64,000 nt of DNA from an uncultured Clostridia bacterium (GTDB taxonomy: Bacteria > Bacillota > Clostridia > Christensenellales > UBA1242), in assembly GCA_946491735.1 (NCBI GenBank), contig CAMLYK010000001.1:1769-65768 (forward strand). The letters are read 5' to 3'. The stretch's first letter is position 1. Each line of letters opens with the position of its first letter. Both the position numbers and the translations under genes were made by a program. This document shows, one piece after another, positions 9,677 through 18,700 of the stretch. The notes under the pieces were generated by a model. That model ran no database searches. It was not told where the DNA came from and was given only the letters and a program-made list of their open reading frames with translations.

Positions 9677-9840
9677 CTTTTTAATTTTAGAGTACACTAT
9701 TCTTTTTTAAAATGCAATATATGTTAATTTTAATGAAAACCGGTGTCGACTTTTTGCATAAAAAGGACCGAAAATTGAAAATTTGGCTTAGGTCTAAAAC
9801 GCCTAAAACTATCAAAAACTGCTCCCGTAGGTGTCAGAAG

Positions 9841-10071
9841 TTATTTTTTAGGGTATCTTTTTTTTGGCACACTTTTATGAACTTTTAAATCTTCTTCTGA
9901 AACCATAATATCTGCTATATCTTTTCCAGTATAAAATTCAGAAAAAATTACTTGCCATTTGCCATCAATCGCTTTTTCACTCATAACTGCACCAAAATCA
10001 CCAACTTTAACTCCTGCTTTTGTATAAGCCGGTTTTTCTTTTATTAGTTCAACTAAATCTAAATACTTCAT
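9841..10071 (-). CDS. DUF4926-like small protein (last gene of the islet operon)
   Basis: 76 aa. The pattern DLVELIKEKPAYTKAGVKVGDFGAVM...WQVIFSE...DIADIMVSEEDLKV resembles DUF4926 as I remember it. AAAGGAG RBS. Confidence 0.45.
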   Translation of the reverse strand: MKYLDLVELIKEKPAYTKAGVKVGDFGAVMSEKAIDGKWQVIFSEFYTGKDIADIMVSEEDLKVHKSVPKKRYPKK

Positions 10072-10083
10072 ATCAGTCTCCTT

Positions 10084-10392
10084 TTAGTCTGCAAACGGCG
10101 TATTATTTGTAATTTCACCTTTAGACCCTACCATCCAACCAGTCACTATAAAATATAATCCATTAACAAATTCATTATATGTTGCTTTAAATGGCAATCC
10201 TTTTTTATATTGTTCTCTTGCAGTCGTCAGAGTAACAAGCATAGGATAGCTCACACCTGCTTTCTTTTCTAATAATTCTTCATCTTTGCTGAATTTCCAA
10301 CCACAATTTTTACATTCGCCTTTGTAATATTGATCAACAAAAACATCGTTCTCTCAAACACCACATTTTGATTGTATATTTTTTTCTTTCAT
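10084..10392 (-). pseudogene. CPCC-like zinc-ribbon protein, paralog of 10446..10898, interrupted by one in-frame TGA (codon 13)
   Basis: Hand translation gives MKEKNIQSKCGV*ENDVFVDQYYKGECKNCGWKFSK...GLYFIVTGWMVGSKGEITNNTPFAD. Strong AAGGAG RBS. The frame is open for 89 codons after the TGA at 10356..10354. This explains the gap in the ORF track. Confidence 0.6.
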
Positions 10393-10445
10393 TTTACTCC
10401 TTTTTTATCCGTTTAATTTGTATTAATAGCGAGTATTAAATAAAA

Positions 10446-10898
10446 CTACATATACTTAGGATTTTCAACTTTATCCCAAATATCTTTTACAAATTCTCCA
10501 CCGATTTTTGCATTTTGAATGAAATCTTCTTTGTCTAAAAAGAAATATACATTTTCTGGACTCCAACCAAATTCAATTTTTCTTTTCGTGTTGCTTCTTA
10601 GATACAAGCAACAATTTAATCCCTTATACCAAAACTCCATTTCACTATAAAAATATAATCCGTCAAGAAAATCATTTAAGTCTGGTCTTAATGGCTTTCC
10701 TTCTTGATATAACCTTTTTGCCTTATTTAATGATATTAAATTAGGGAAAATTACTTCGTTCTCGTTTATTTCTCCGAGTCTATTGTTATACCAACCACAA
10801 TATTGACACTCTCCGTTTCCAGTTTTGCTGGCAAGTAAAGTTTTACCACAAACATCACATTTTTTTTCAAAAATTTTATCATATTGATTATTTTTCAT
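10446..10898 (-). CDS. CPCC-like cysteine-rich zinc-ribbon protein (immunity-protein-like)
   Basis: 150 aa. CDVCG...GECQYCGW, then NLISLNKAKRLYQEG, which matches the logic of the Cys_rich_CPCC family as I remember it. AAAGGAG RBS. Confidence 0.5.
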   Translation of the reverse strand: MKNNQYDKIFEKKCDVCGKTLLASKTGNGECQYCGWYNNRLGEINENEVIFPNLISLNKAKRLYQEGKPLRPDLNDFLDGLYFYSEMEFWYKGLNCCLYLRSNTKRKIEFGWSPENVYFFLDKEDFIQNAKIGGEFVKDIWDKVENPKYM

Positions 10899-10910
10899 TA
10901 TTTCTCCTTT

Positions 10911-11228
10911 TTAACAATAATTCATGTTTGTTTTTTCACCGTTTGGTCCTACATATTCAGTTCTAGGAGGATGTCCGTTATTTTTCTCCCAATTCCAATA
11001 ATGGTCGTGTGGAAAAGTGTGGGTATTGTTTGAATCGTTGTGGCTCCAATCTCTATCCCAAATGGCTTTACCTTCTGCATCATACCATCTTTGTTGTAAT
11101 AGTTCCCCTGTAACTTCATCATAATAATCAGTTCTAGAATTTGGAGCGCATCCTTCAATATCTTTTATATTTTTCCCAAATGGGCCATAAACTTTATTTA
11201 CTCCACCACTTGGTTTACACATTCCCAT
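10911..11228 (-). CDS. Small protein with a YD-repeat-like unit and a His-rich C-terminus (orphan toxin-like fragment?)
   Basis: 105 aa. DYYDEVTGELLQQRWYDAEGKAIWDRDW fits the YD dipeptide repeat pattern and is followed by THTFPHDHYWNW. Its start overlaps the upstream stop (TAATG). Confidence 0.4.
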   Translation of the reverse strand: MGMCKPSGGVNKVYGPFGKNIKDIEGCAPNSRTDYYDEVTGELLQQRWYDAEGKAIWDRDWSHNDSNNTHTFPHDHYWNWEKNNGHPPRTEYVGPNGEKTNMNYC

Positions 11229-12198
11229 TATAGCACCTCCTGTGGCAAAAATCCAAATGCTTTAGACTTCGTTTGTCCGTTATCACCTAATAATATAAAA
11301 TAAATTTCTTTTCCATATAAATTTTCAACCTTTAGAGTTGTAACAAATTCTCCAATAACATTATATTTTGTTTTTATTTTAATACCATCTAAAAACCAAA
11401 TTATTTTGTTTGCACCTTCAACTGATTTTATATATTCAATGATGTGTTTCGCTGTATTGCATGCCCAATCTGTTCTGTCTGGTTTAAATGAGTTGTAATA
11501 AAAATTGTCATTTGAATAAATGTCAAAGATATCAACTAATGCATCGGTGTATTTTTGTACATTCTTTTTATCCTCCGAAGCAAATTTAATGAATTGAGCA
11601 ACTGAGTAATTAAAAGGGAAAATTGAAGCCCCATCAAAGAACGAAGAAACATGGCTGGCAATATCTTTTTCTTCTGTCGATTTCAAAAAATTCACATACG
11701 CATTGAGTATATTATCTAAATTGAAGTCTTTCACTCTAGCCAAACTTATAAGATTTTGTGCAATTTTATTGTTGTATTCGGCACGTTGCCCCTCTGCATT
11801 GGTTATATTTTTGATCAATTTCTTTTCTAAATTTTTCATTTCAGTTTTGTTAAACAAGTCTGAAAATTTATCAACAAGTTCTGCTAAATTGTTAAAATCT
11901 TTGTTTTTGATTGCAAATTCTATTTTGTCATTGACGATTTTTTTGTATCATCTTTTGACAATCCCTCTTTATATGTTTCAATATAATTGATTAATTTTTT
12001 AGAGTCGTAAATCCTGCTCAAAATACTTTCTGGTAAGTTATATTCAAAATTTTTTATAGGTGTCAAATTCTTTAATACTTCAATTGCCTTTTCATCTCCT
12101 GCTTTTGCCCTTTCAATGAAACTATTAATCTCTTTTTTGACATAATCTTTATCATTTTTGTATTCTTGATTGATTCGAATAACTTCAATATAGCTCAT
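11228..12198 (-). pseudogene. Unknown gene split into 92-aa and 209-aa ORFs by a 1-nt frame change at an A7 tract
   Basis: The ORF 12198..11920 reads ...KDDTKK SSMTK*. The -1 frame at the same A7 run (11944..11938) reads KK IVNDKIEFAIKNKDFNNLAELVDKFSD and runs without a stop into the 209-aa ORF, whose listed start is only a TTG. Confidence 0.5.
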
Positions 12199-12317
12199 TT
12201 CCTACCTCGCTTATAAAAATAAATTACCACATTTTCAATTTTTGTCAATAAAATTATACTTTTAGTGATTAACTAAAATTCAGTCTTCTTTTACTATAAA
12301 AATAAAGCTCTAGCAAA

Positions 12318-12349
12318 ATAAAAAAATTGAAAGAACTAATCTTTCAATT
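12318..12349 (-). terminator. Rho-independent terminator of the DUF368 gene
   Basis: ttgaaag / ctttcaa stem with a 7-nt loop, followed by T7 on the minus strand. Confidence 0.6.
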
Positions 12350-12398
12350 GATTATGATAATAAAAATATACTTACAATTTACAACAAATAGATTAAAT

Positions 12399-13418
12399 TT
12401 ATTTATTCCCTTTTTTTCGTTCGTAACGAACAAACCAATATGAGAGCAGTGCTCCAAGAACAAATACGATGACTCCGACCACCAAATCTCGAACAATCTC
12501 TCCAGTTGAGCCCCATGAAGAATAAACTGCCACCACTTCCGGATTGAAAAACATCGTAATAATTGAACCTAAAGATAGTCCAGCGACTGTATAAAATGTG
12601 GACGTTCTATGTCTGTTCAGCATGAATGAAAGACCTTTCGACACTGTAAATAAACCCACTACAAATCCGACAATTAAACACAAATAGACAATGAAAATAG
12701 CTGGATTTTCACGAAAATATGTCAAACTCACAGAATTCATCAGTGGAGTGAAATATCCAAATGACATCAAAAGCGCAGTTGCACTGAGACCGGGAACTAA
12801 TTGAGTGACAGCAATCAAAAAACCAATAACAGCAAACATTATATAATGATAAAATTTTAAATTATCAAAAGTGTGTTGTGCGACATCACTGTAAATAGAA
12901 ATAACTGAAATCAAAATTGGAATTATCAAACCCACAATGAACAAAATTATACTCTTTGCATTAAGCTTTGTCCCCTTAATTTGATCGGTGACAGCCGGAT
13001 AGGCACCAAACATCAAACCTGCGAAAAGACAAATAATTATAAATGGCAAAATATTTAAAAGCGCTCTTACTCCGAAAAATCCTAAAACAAAACCTGCAAC
13101 AACTCCTATCAAAATAGGTAATAAAAATTTAAAACATTTCTTAAATTTTTTGAATATATTGCTGATCGCATATAGCAATTTTTCATACATTCTAAAAATA
13201 ATCGCCACTGCAGAACCGCTAACGCCAGGCACAATCACTGCCAATCCAATAAATAGCCCTAATATGCCACCTTTTGTCACCTGTGTTTTGTTTTCATATG
13301 TAAGATCCATTTCAGTAGATGCTTGACCATCTTGCTTTTCATCATTTAACTGAGCACCATTTTCAATTGAAGGATTTTCATTTGAAGGATTAGGATTATT
13401 GTTGTTAGAATCTTTCAT
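12399..13418 (-). CDS. DUF368-family membrane protein (undecaprenyl-phosphate translocase-like)
   Basis: 339 aa and polytopic. PGVSGSAVAII motif. N-terminal low-complexity N/P/E-rich tail. Confidence 0.7.
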   Translation of the reverse strand: MKDSNNNNPNPSNENPSIENGAQLNDEKQDGQASTEMDLTYENKTQVTKGGILGLFIGLAVIVPGVSGSAVAIIFRMYEKLLYAISNIFKKFKKCFKFLLPILIGVVAGFVLGFFGVRALLNILPFIIICLFAGLMFGAYPAVTDQIKGTKLNAKSIILFIVGLIIPILISVISIYSDVAQHTFDNLKFYHYIMFAVIGFLIAVTQLVPGLSATALLMSFGYFTPLMNSVSLTYFRENPAIFIVYLCLIVGFVVGLFTVSKGLSFMLNRHRTSTFYTVAGLSLGSIITMFFNPEVVAVYSSWGSTGEIVRDLVVGVIVFVLGALLSYWFVRYERKKGNK

Positions 13419-13573
13419 AAATTCCCCTTATTTTCAATTATATGCAATTATAGTATAAATTAATTTTACTTGTCAAGAAATTGACAATTAATAATCAAAA
13501 CAATCAAACAATTGCAAAATATGTATTTGTGAAAAGAGAAAGATTTTTTCATAGACAAAAACACAAAGTATGG

Positions 13574-13951
13574 TCATAATAATAGCGAAATCAAATAAAT
13601 AATTAAAATGTGTGCTGGATAAAATATGTAGAATAGCCATTTATTGTTAGCCTGGCCCTTATCCCCATTATATAATAATAGGATAGGTATAGATAGCAAT
13701 GCAAACAATTCTACATAACTATAAAAAGTTTTATTTTCAACACCTAAATAATTGACCAACCAAAAAAGTACAATCATTATAGCAACAATTATCCACATTA
13801 AGCTTCTTTTATCCACTTTATAGTGATAAAAAAGATAGAACACCACAGGTAACAAGACCCCATATATTCCATATGAAACATCAATGCCTAAGGAATTGAG
13901 CAACAACACCAAAACGCTGTCAAAATTTCCACTGGAGAGCCCGGCGGACAC
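13574..13951 (-). pseudogene. TraX-family membrane protein, C-terminal half only
   Basis: C-terminal signature LLYNGDKGQ...KWLFYIFYPAHILIIYL. Only 125 codons, the listed start is a GTG, and there is an in-frame stop at 13970..13972, so the N-terminal half is absent. Confidence 0.55.
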
Positions 13952-13957
13952 AACTTT

Positions 13958-14725
13958 TTGAATCCAAAACTAATTAAACCGCTGATAGACAAACTAAATG
14001 GTACAATTGTTGAATGTTGCACTGCGTATCGAGGCAAGAGATATGAAGTGAACGAACATTGGAAAGCAATCAAGGATCACGGTTTTATGGACATTGCCCC
14101 ATGTGACATAATGGATGAAGAAGGAGAAATCAAAATTCCACTAGAAGGCGGCACACACTTGAACGGTTATGACATTGTTGGAAGCCATATTACCAGATAC
14201 AATTCAATGCTGATGTTATCTCATTTTAAAGGTCATGCGATGGGAGGCTTTGGTGGAGCATTGAAAAATATGAGCATTGGAGTGGCATCACGAAACGGGA
14301 AAGCTTGGATTCATTCCGTTGGTCACACGACAGTTCCAGATAAACTTTGGGATTATGTATCAGATCAAGATGGTTTTTTAGAGAGCATGGCAGAAGCTTG
14401 CAAAGCTGTAGTAACCTTTTTCAAACCTGAAAATATGGCATATATAAATGTGGCTAACAATTTGTCAATCGATTGCGATTGTGATTCAAATCCACACGCT
14501 CCTGAGATGGCAGACATTGGCATATTTGCTTCAATTGATCCAGTAGCACTAGATCAATGCTGCTATGATCAAATAATGAATTCAACAGATCCTGGCAAAC
14601 AATCGTTAGTAAATAGAATGTTGAAGCTTCACGCAATCCACACCGTAGAAACTGCAGAAAAATTGGGTATTGGCTCAAGACAGTATCAAATAGTAGATAT
14701 CGACAAAGATGATGAAAAAAACTGA
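13958..14725 (+). CDS. DUF362-domain protein, apparently N-terminally truncated
   Basis: SHFKGHAMGGFGGALKNMSIGVASRNGK and NLSIDCDCD motifs. It starts at a TTG, directly in the block that usually lies about 60 aa into the family (KPLIDKLNGTIVECCTAYRGKR). There is no upstream ATG in frame. Confidence 0.6.
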   Translation: MNPKLIKPLIDKLNGTIVECCTAYRGKRYEVNEHWKAIKDHGFMDIAPCDIMDEEGEIKIPLEGGTHLNGYDIVGSHITRYNSMLMLSHFKGHAMGGFGGALKNMSIGVASRNGKAWIHSVGHTTVPDKLWDYVSDQDGFLESMAEACKAVVTFFKPENMAYINVANNLSIDCDCDSNPHAPEMADIGIFASIDPVALDQCCYDQIMNSTDPGKQSLVNRMLKLHAIHTVETAEKLGIGSRQYQIVDIDKDDEKN

Positions 14726-15137
14726 TTTAGAGAGAGCAAAAAATGAATTAAATAAGGGCTATACCTGTGTTTTGATAAAGAATAATTCAAAACATGTATC
14801 AAAAAGAACGGGAATAGCTCCCATGATCAATTTCCTTGAAAAAGGGATTGATTTATCCTCTTTTTCAGTAGCAGACAAAATTGTCGGCAAAGCAGTGGCA
14901 TTGTTATTTGTCAAAGCCAAAATAAAAGAAGTTTATGCCGAAGTTATTAGCGTAGAAGCGATTAAAATATTAGATTTGCATAATATCAAATACTCATACA
15001 AAACAAAAACTGAAAATATCATCAATAGAACTAAAACCGGCATTTGTCCTATGGAACAAACAGTGAAAGATATCTCTGATTGTGAAACCGCATATAATGC
15101 ATTAAGAAAAAAATTATCCGAATTAAAAAATCACTAA
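14709..15137 (+). CDS. DUF1893 (TM1506-like) protein
   Basis: 142 aa. VADKIVGKAVALL and GICPMEQ motifs. 17-nt overlap with the DUF362 gene. Confidence 0.6.
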   Translation: MMKKTDLERAKNELNKGYTCVLIKNNSKHVSKRTGIAPMINFLEKGIDLSSFSVADKIVGKAVALLFVKAKIKEVYAEVISVEAIKILDLHNIKYSYKTKTENIINRTKTGICPMEQTVKDISDCETAYNALRKKLSELKNH

Positions 15138-15150
15138 TTAGTGATTTTTT
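15125..15150 (+). terminator. Rho-independent terminator
   Basis: aaaaaatcact / agtgatttttt palindrome with a 4-nt loop, overlapping the stop codon. Confidence 0.65.
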
Positions 15151-15253
15151 AATTATTAATAAAACATTGATAATCTTTTTTATAAAATTTTGTTTTTAAT
15201 TTTAGCTCATATCATTTAATATGTAACTGTCCTATTCGGACAGTTTTCAATTA

Positions 15254-15682
15254 TTAATATACACTATTCAAATCGATATAGTGTGATGTTGTTTCAAGTT
15301 CAAATGTTCTACGACTACAAATATTTGTCTTATCATCCGTTTCTGCTATTTCTTCTGGCAAAACAAAATGAATATTAGACAATGTTATATCTGTACAACA
15401 CTCTCTATCATGTTGTATTGCAAACATTTTATGACCTTTAATTATTTTGCTACCTCCAGTAGTTTCATATAATCTCAATCCAATGGCAATCTGCTTGTTT
15501 GGGCATACTTTTTTGACAGTTGTAGTCACACTTAAGAATCTCCCTACACTTGATAAATTTTGAGAATCTAATACAACATTTTTATTGTTTTCACATTCTT
15601 CAAAATCTATATTGTGAGTTACCATGTCATTAACATCTATTAATATTGAAGGATTATTAGTTTTTTCACTACATTTACTCAT
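15254..15682 (-). CDS. Cys-rich hypothetical protein (orphan)
   Basis: Start re-called to ATG 15682 (MSKCSEK...), which is preceded by GGAGGG. 142 aa with 7 Cys, including a CC pair. I recognise no family. Confidence 0.5.
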   Translation of the reverse strand: MSKCSEKTNNPSILIDVNDMVTHNIDFEECENNKNVVLDSQNLSSVGRFLSVTTTVKKVCPNKQIAIGLRLYETTGGSKIIKGHKMFAIQHDRECCTDITLSNIHFVLPEEIAETDDKTNICSRRTFELETTSHYIDLNSVY

Positions 15683-15740
15683 ATTCCCTCCTACTTCCAT
15701 TATATGAATAACTTTTAAAATAGTTAAAGTAATAAATTAT

Positions 15741-15773
15741 AAAACAAAAAATCACTCAAAATGAGTGATTTTT
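15741..15773 (-). terminator. Rho-independent terminator of the helicase gene
   Basis: atcactc / gagtgat stem with a 5-nt loop, followed by TTTTTTGTTTT on the minus strand. It overlaps the TAA stop at 15774..15772. Confidence 0.65.
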
Positions 15774-18700
15774 ATCCAACATACTTTTTCTTTGCTTCAT
15801 TGATAGCTTTCACAATATTAGACACAACTTTGTTTTTATTCATCCACCAATCTCTGCTCCAAACACGCATGATTGTCCAACCACGAGATTGCAAAAATTT
15901 CGTTCTATACACATCTCGTTCAAGGATCGAATTGCTGCTTTTAAATGCTGCATAATCACATTCAATTCCCAGTAGGTATCTATCTATACTTTTATCATAA
16001 ATGGCAAGAGATAATTTGTAATCTGTATTACCCAAATTTGTTTCAACGTTATAACCCAATTTTATAAGTTCATTTTTTATATCATTTTCAATTGAATTAT
16101 TCACCACTTCCAAATTTGAATTTGGCAGGCTTGGTTTGAAACTATCCAAAACAAAATTTGCCTCTTTATACTTTTTGTTAGATATAGCACGCACATATTT
16201 TAGATAATTTTTAAATATTTTAGGACCAGCATTTTTGCTCCCCTCAACAATCAATTCCTCAGGTTCTATACTTGTGACAACATATATTTTTTCTTTTGCA
16301 CGCGTGATTGCGACATTCAATCTGTTTTCGCCTCCCTCAACCGAAAGCGAACCAAAATGTGCCACAACTTTACCATATTCATTGCGTGCATAACCGATGC
16401 TAAATATGATTATATCACGTTCATCTCCCTGAACATTTTCTAGATTTTTAATGAATATTGAAGTGTCTTCATTATTTTCTTTTCTGTTTTGTTCACGAAT
16501 ATATGCATCTCTAAACGCCGAATCCTTTTGACATTCAATGTCTATAGCATCTTCAATGGCGTTTTCTTGTTCGGTATTAAATGTGATTATTCCAATAGAT
16601 GATTTGTTGCGTTTATTCTTTATGAGCTTTTTAAGTAGACTTACCACCGCACTCGCTTCCTCTTCATTCTTCCTAGCAAGCCAATGACCGTTCACTTTTA
16701 TTCGCTCAATTGGTTTTGAACCTATATTTTTTGATATGTTAGGAGCAATCTGCAATTTGCCATCGTAAAAAGCATAATTGGAGAAATTGATCAATTCTTC
16801 ATTTTTGCTTCTGTAATGGTAGGTTAGATTTGTGCTGTTAAATCTTGAAGTCGCCAAATCGAGTAAACTTTCCACTTCCAAAGCTGCTTGAGTCGCAAGA
16901 TCCAATTCATCATCCGAGTCATTACCCATATAACGTTTCACAAAAGTTGCTGTAGGACGCAATTGCTTTGAATCCCCCGCCACCACAATGCTTTTCCCTC
17001 GATAGATAGTAGGGAGAGTATTTTCAATAAACACTTGGCTGGCTTCATCAAATAAAATGATATCAAACATTTCCTTTTTCAATGGGAATATAGTTGAAAC
17101 ACTTTCAGGAGATAGCAGCCAACATGGGAAAAGTTTCAACAAAAATTCATTATATAGATCCATCATCTTTCTGATAGGCAAAAGATTTTGTTGTTTTGTT
17201 ATCTGATATAAATAATTTTTGTTTTCCTCATTGCTATTATAGAATTCAATATATTCGTTTTTGAATTTGTTTAAACAAATTTCTTTTGATATCTGTTTTT
17301 CATCTTTCTTTAATGACAATATACGATTGCGTATATTTTCAAAATCTATTATTTTTGACAATTTTTCTTTGTACAATTCTTCATATTTTATCGTTTCATG
17401 ATAGATCCTTATTTCCATCAACTTGTCTAAAATCTCTTTGTATTGACGTGCATTTTTAGCATTTTCATATGCAAAATTTAGTATTATACGTTCGTCATCC
17501 GTTAGCCCCAACAATGATATATTGACATCTCTTATCTCCAAATAATCATTCAATGCATTCAATAACAACTTTAAGAAAATTGAATTGCCATTTATCAAAT
17601 TATCAATTGTCATCAAAAAGCCCTTTCTGTCCAAGACTTTATTCAACAACGAATATTCGCTAATATAGTTTTGAATATCCTCTAAAGTCGACTTAAAACT
17701 CTCTTTGATTTCTTCTTCCTTTTTATTGATTTTATTTTTCACAAAAGGATATGCCGGGAACAGTATCTTAGACCAACGCAAATTAGAATGCAATTTTTTA
17801 TTTTCCACGCTTGATATCATATTTATTAGTGGTTGCATATCTTCAATCTTGTCCACATCGTTTTCCAACATATATATCAACAATTGTCTGGCATGAGGAT
17901 GTTTTGCAGTGTCAAATGGAACAATATTTTTTTGAATGACCTCTTTTAAATAAACTTTCATTTGATTTAGTGTATGTATTTCAACATTAGGTTTGATATG
18001 ATCAATCAATGGATTGTTTTTCTTCAATTCAATGTATCTATAATACAAATTTGCTTTATTCTTTTCTTTGATTATTCTCAAAGTGGAATGCAATCTAGAA
18101 TAATTCATAGCCATCAGGTCTTTATTTTTTTTCATCAATTTGTATAGAACATAATCATAACTATTTTTACCAATTTTGGCCGAATTCGTATACATTTCTT
18201 GTAAAGACAGGCCGAAAGGAGTCTTTGTAAACATTGCATCAGTTATGGTTTGCAGCTCCCCGATTTCTTTATCTATTGCATCTTCCACTCTATCAAAATC
18301 CAGATTAGAAATATTTGTGCTAGTTGAATTCATGACTGCTTGATGCATTTGTGCACATCTTTCGTAGAATTCAACCTTGTTTTTTTCGGCATCTGTAATG
18401 AACATACATTTAGAGTTTAGCGTATTCAGACGATTGAATACGACCTCTAATGCTGCCTTTTTTTGCGAAACAACGAGCACTTTCTTGTTTTTGCATAGAG
18501 CATCTGAGATAATATTGACTATAGTTTGAGATTTACCCGTGCCAGGAGGCCCATATATAACCAAATTATTATACTCATTAAGTTTCGAAATAGCACTCTC
18601 TTGAGCGTAATCAAGGTCATTTATGGTATAGATTCGTTCGTCATATTTTTTATTTTTCTTATTGTTTTTAGCTTCCAAGAGTTGTCTAATAGCAGAAGAT

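Noticed and set aside
9626-9840. Integrative-element boundary (att repeat of the tRNA-Thr 3' end, integrase remnant)
   Set aside because: No copy of the GC-rich tRNA 3' segment (ggttcgattcccgcc) is seen at the other end of the islet (12199..12398), and no integrase-like ORF is present. Only a short ctaaaac direct repeat is seen.
10354-10356. Idea that the organism uses genetic code 4 (TGA=Trp), as many Mollicutes do
   Set aside because: All large genes are uninterrupted under the standard code, including the 2018-aa and 1270-aa ORFs. Trp is encoded by TGG, and TGA ends genes (e.g. 4151..4153). The single internal TGA aligns with Cys, not Trp.
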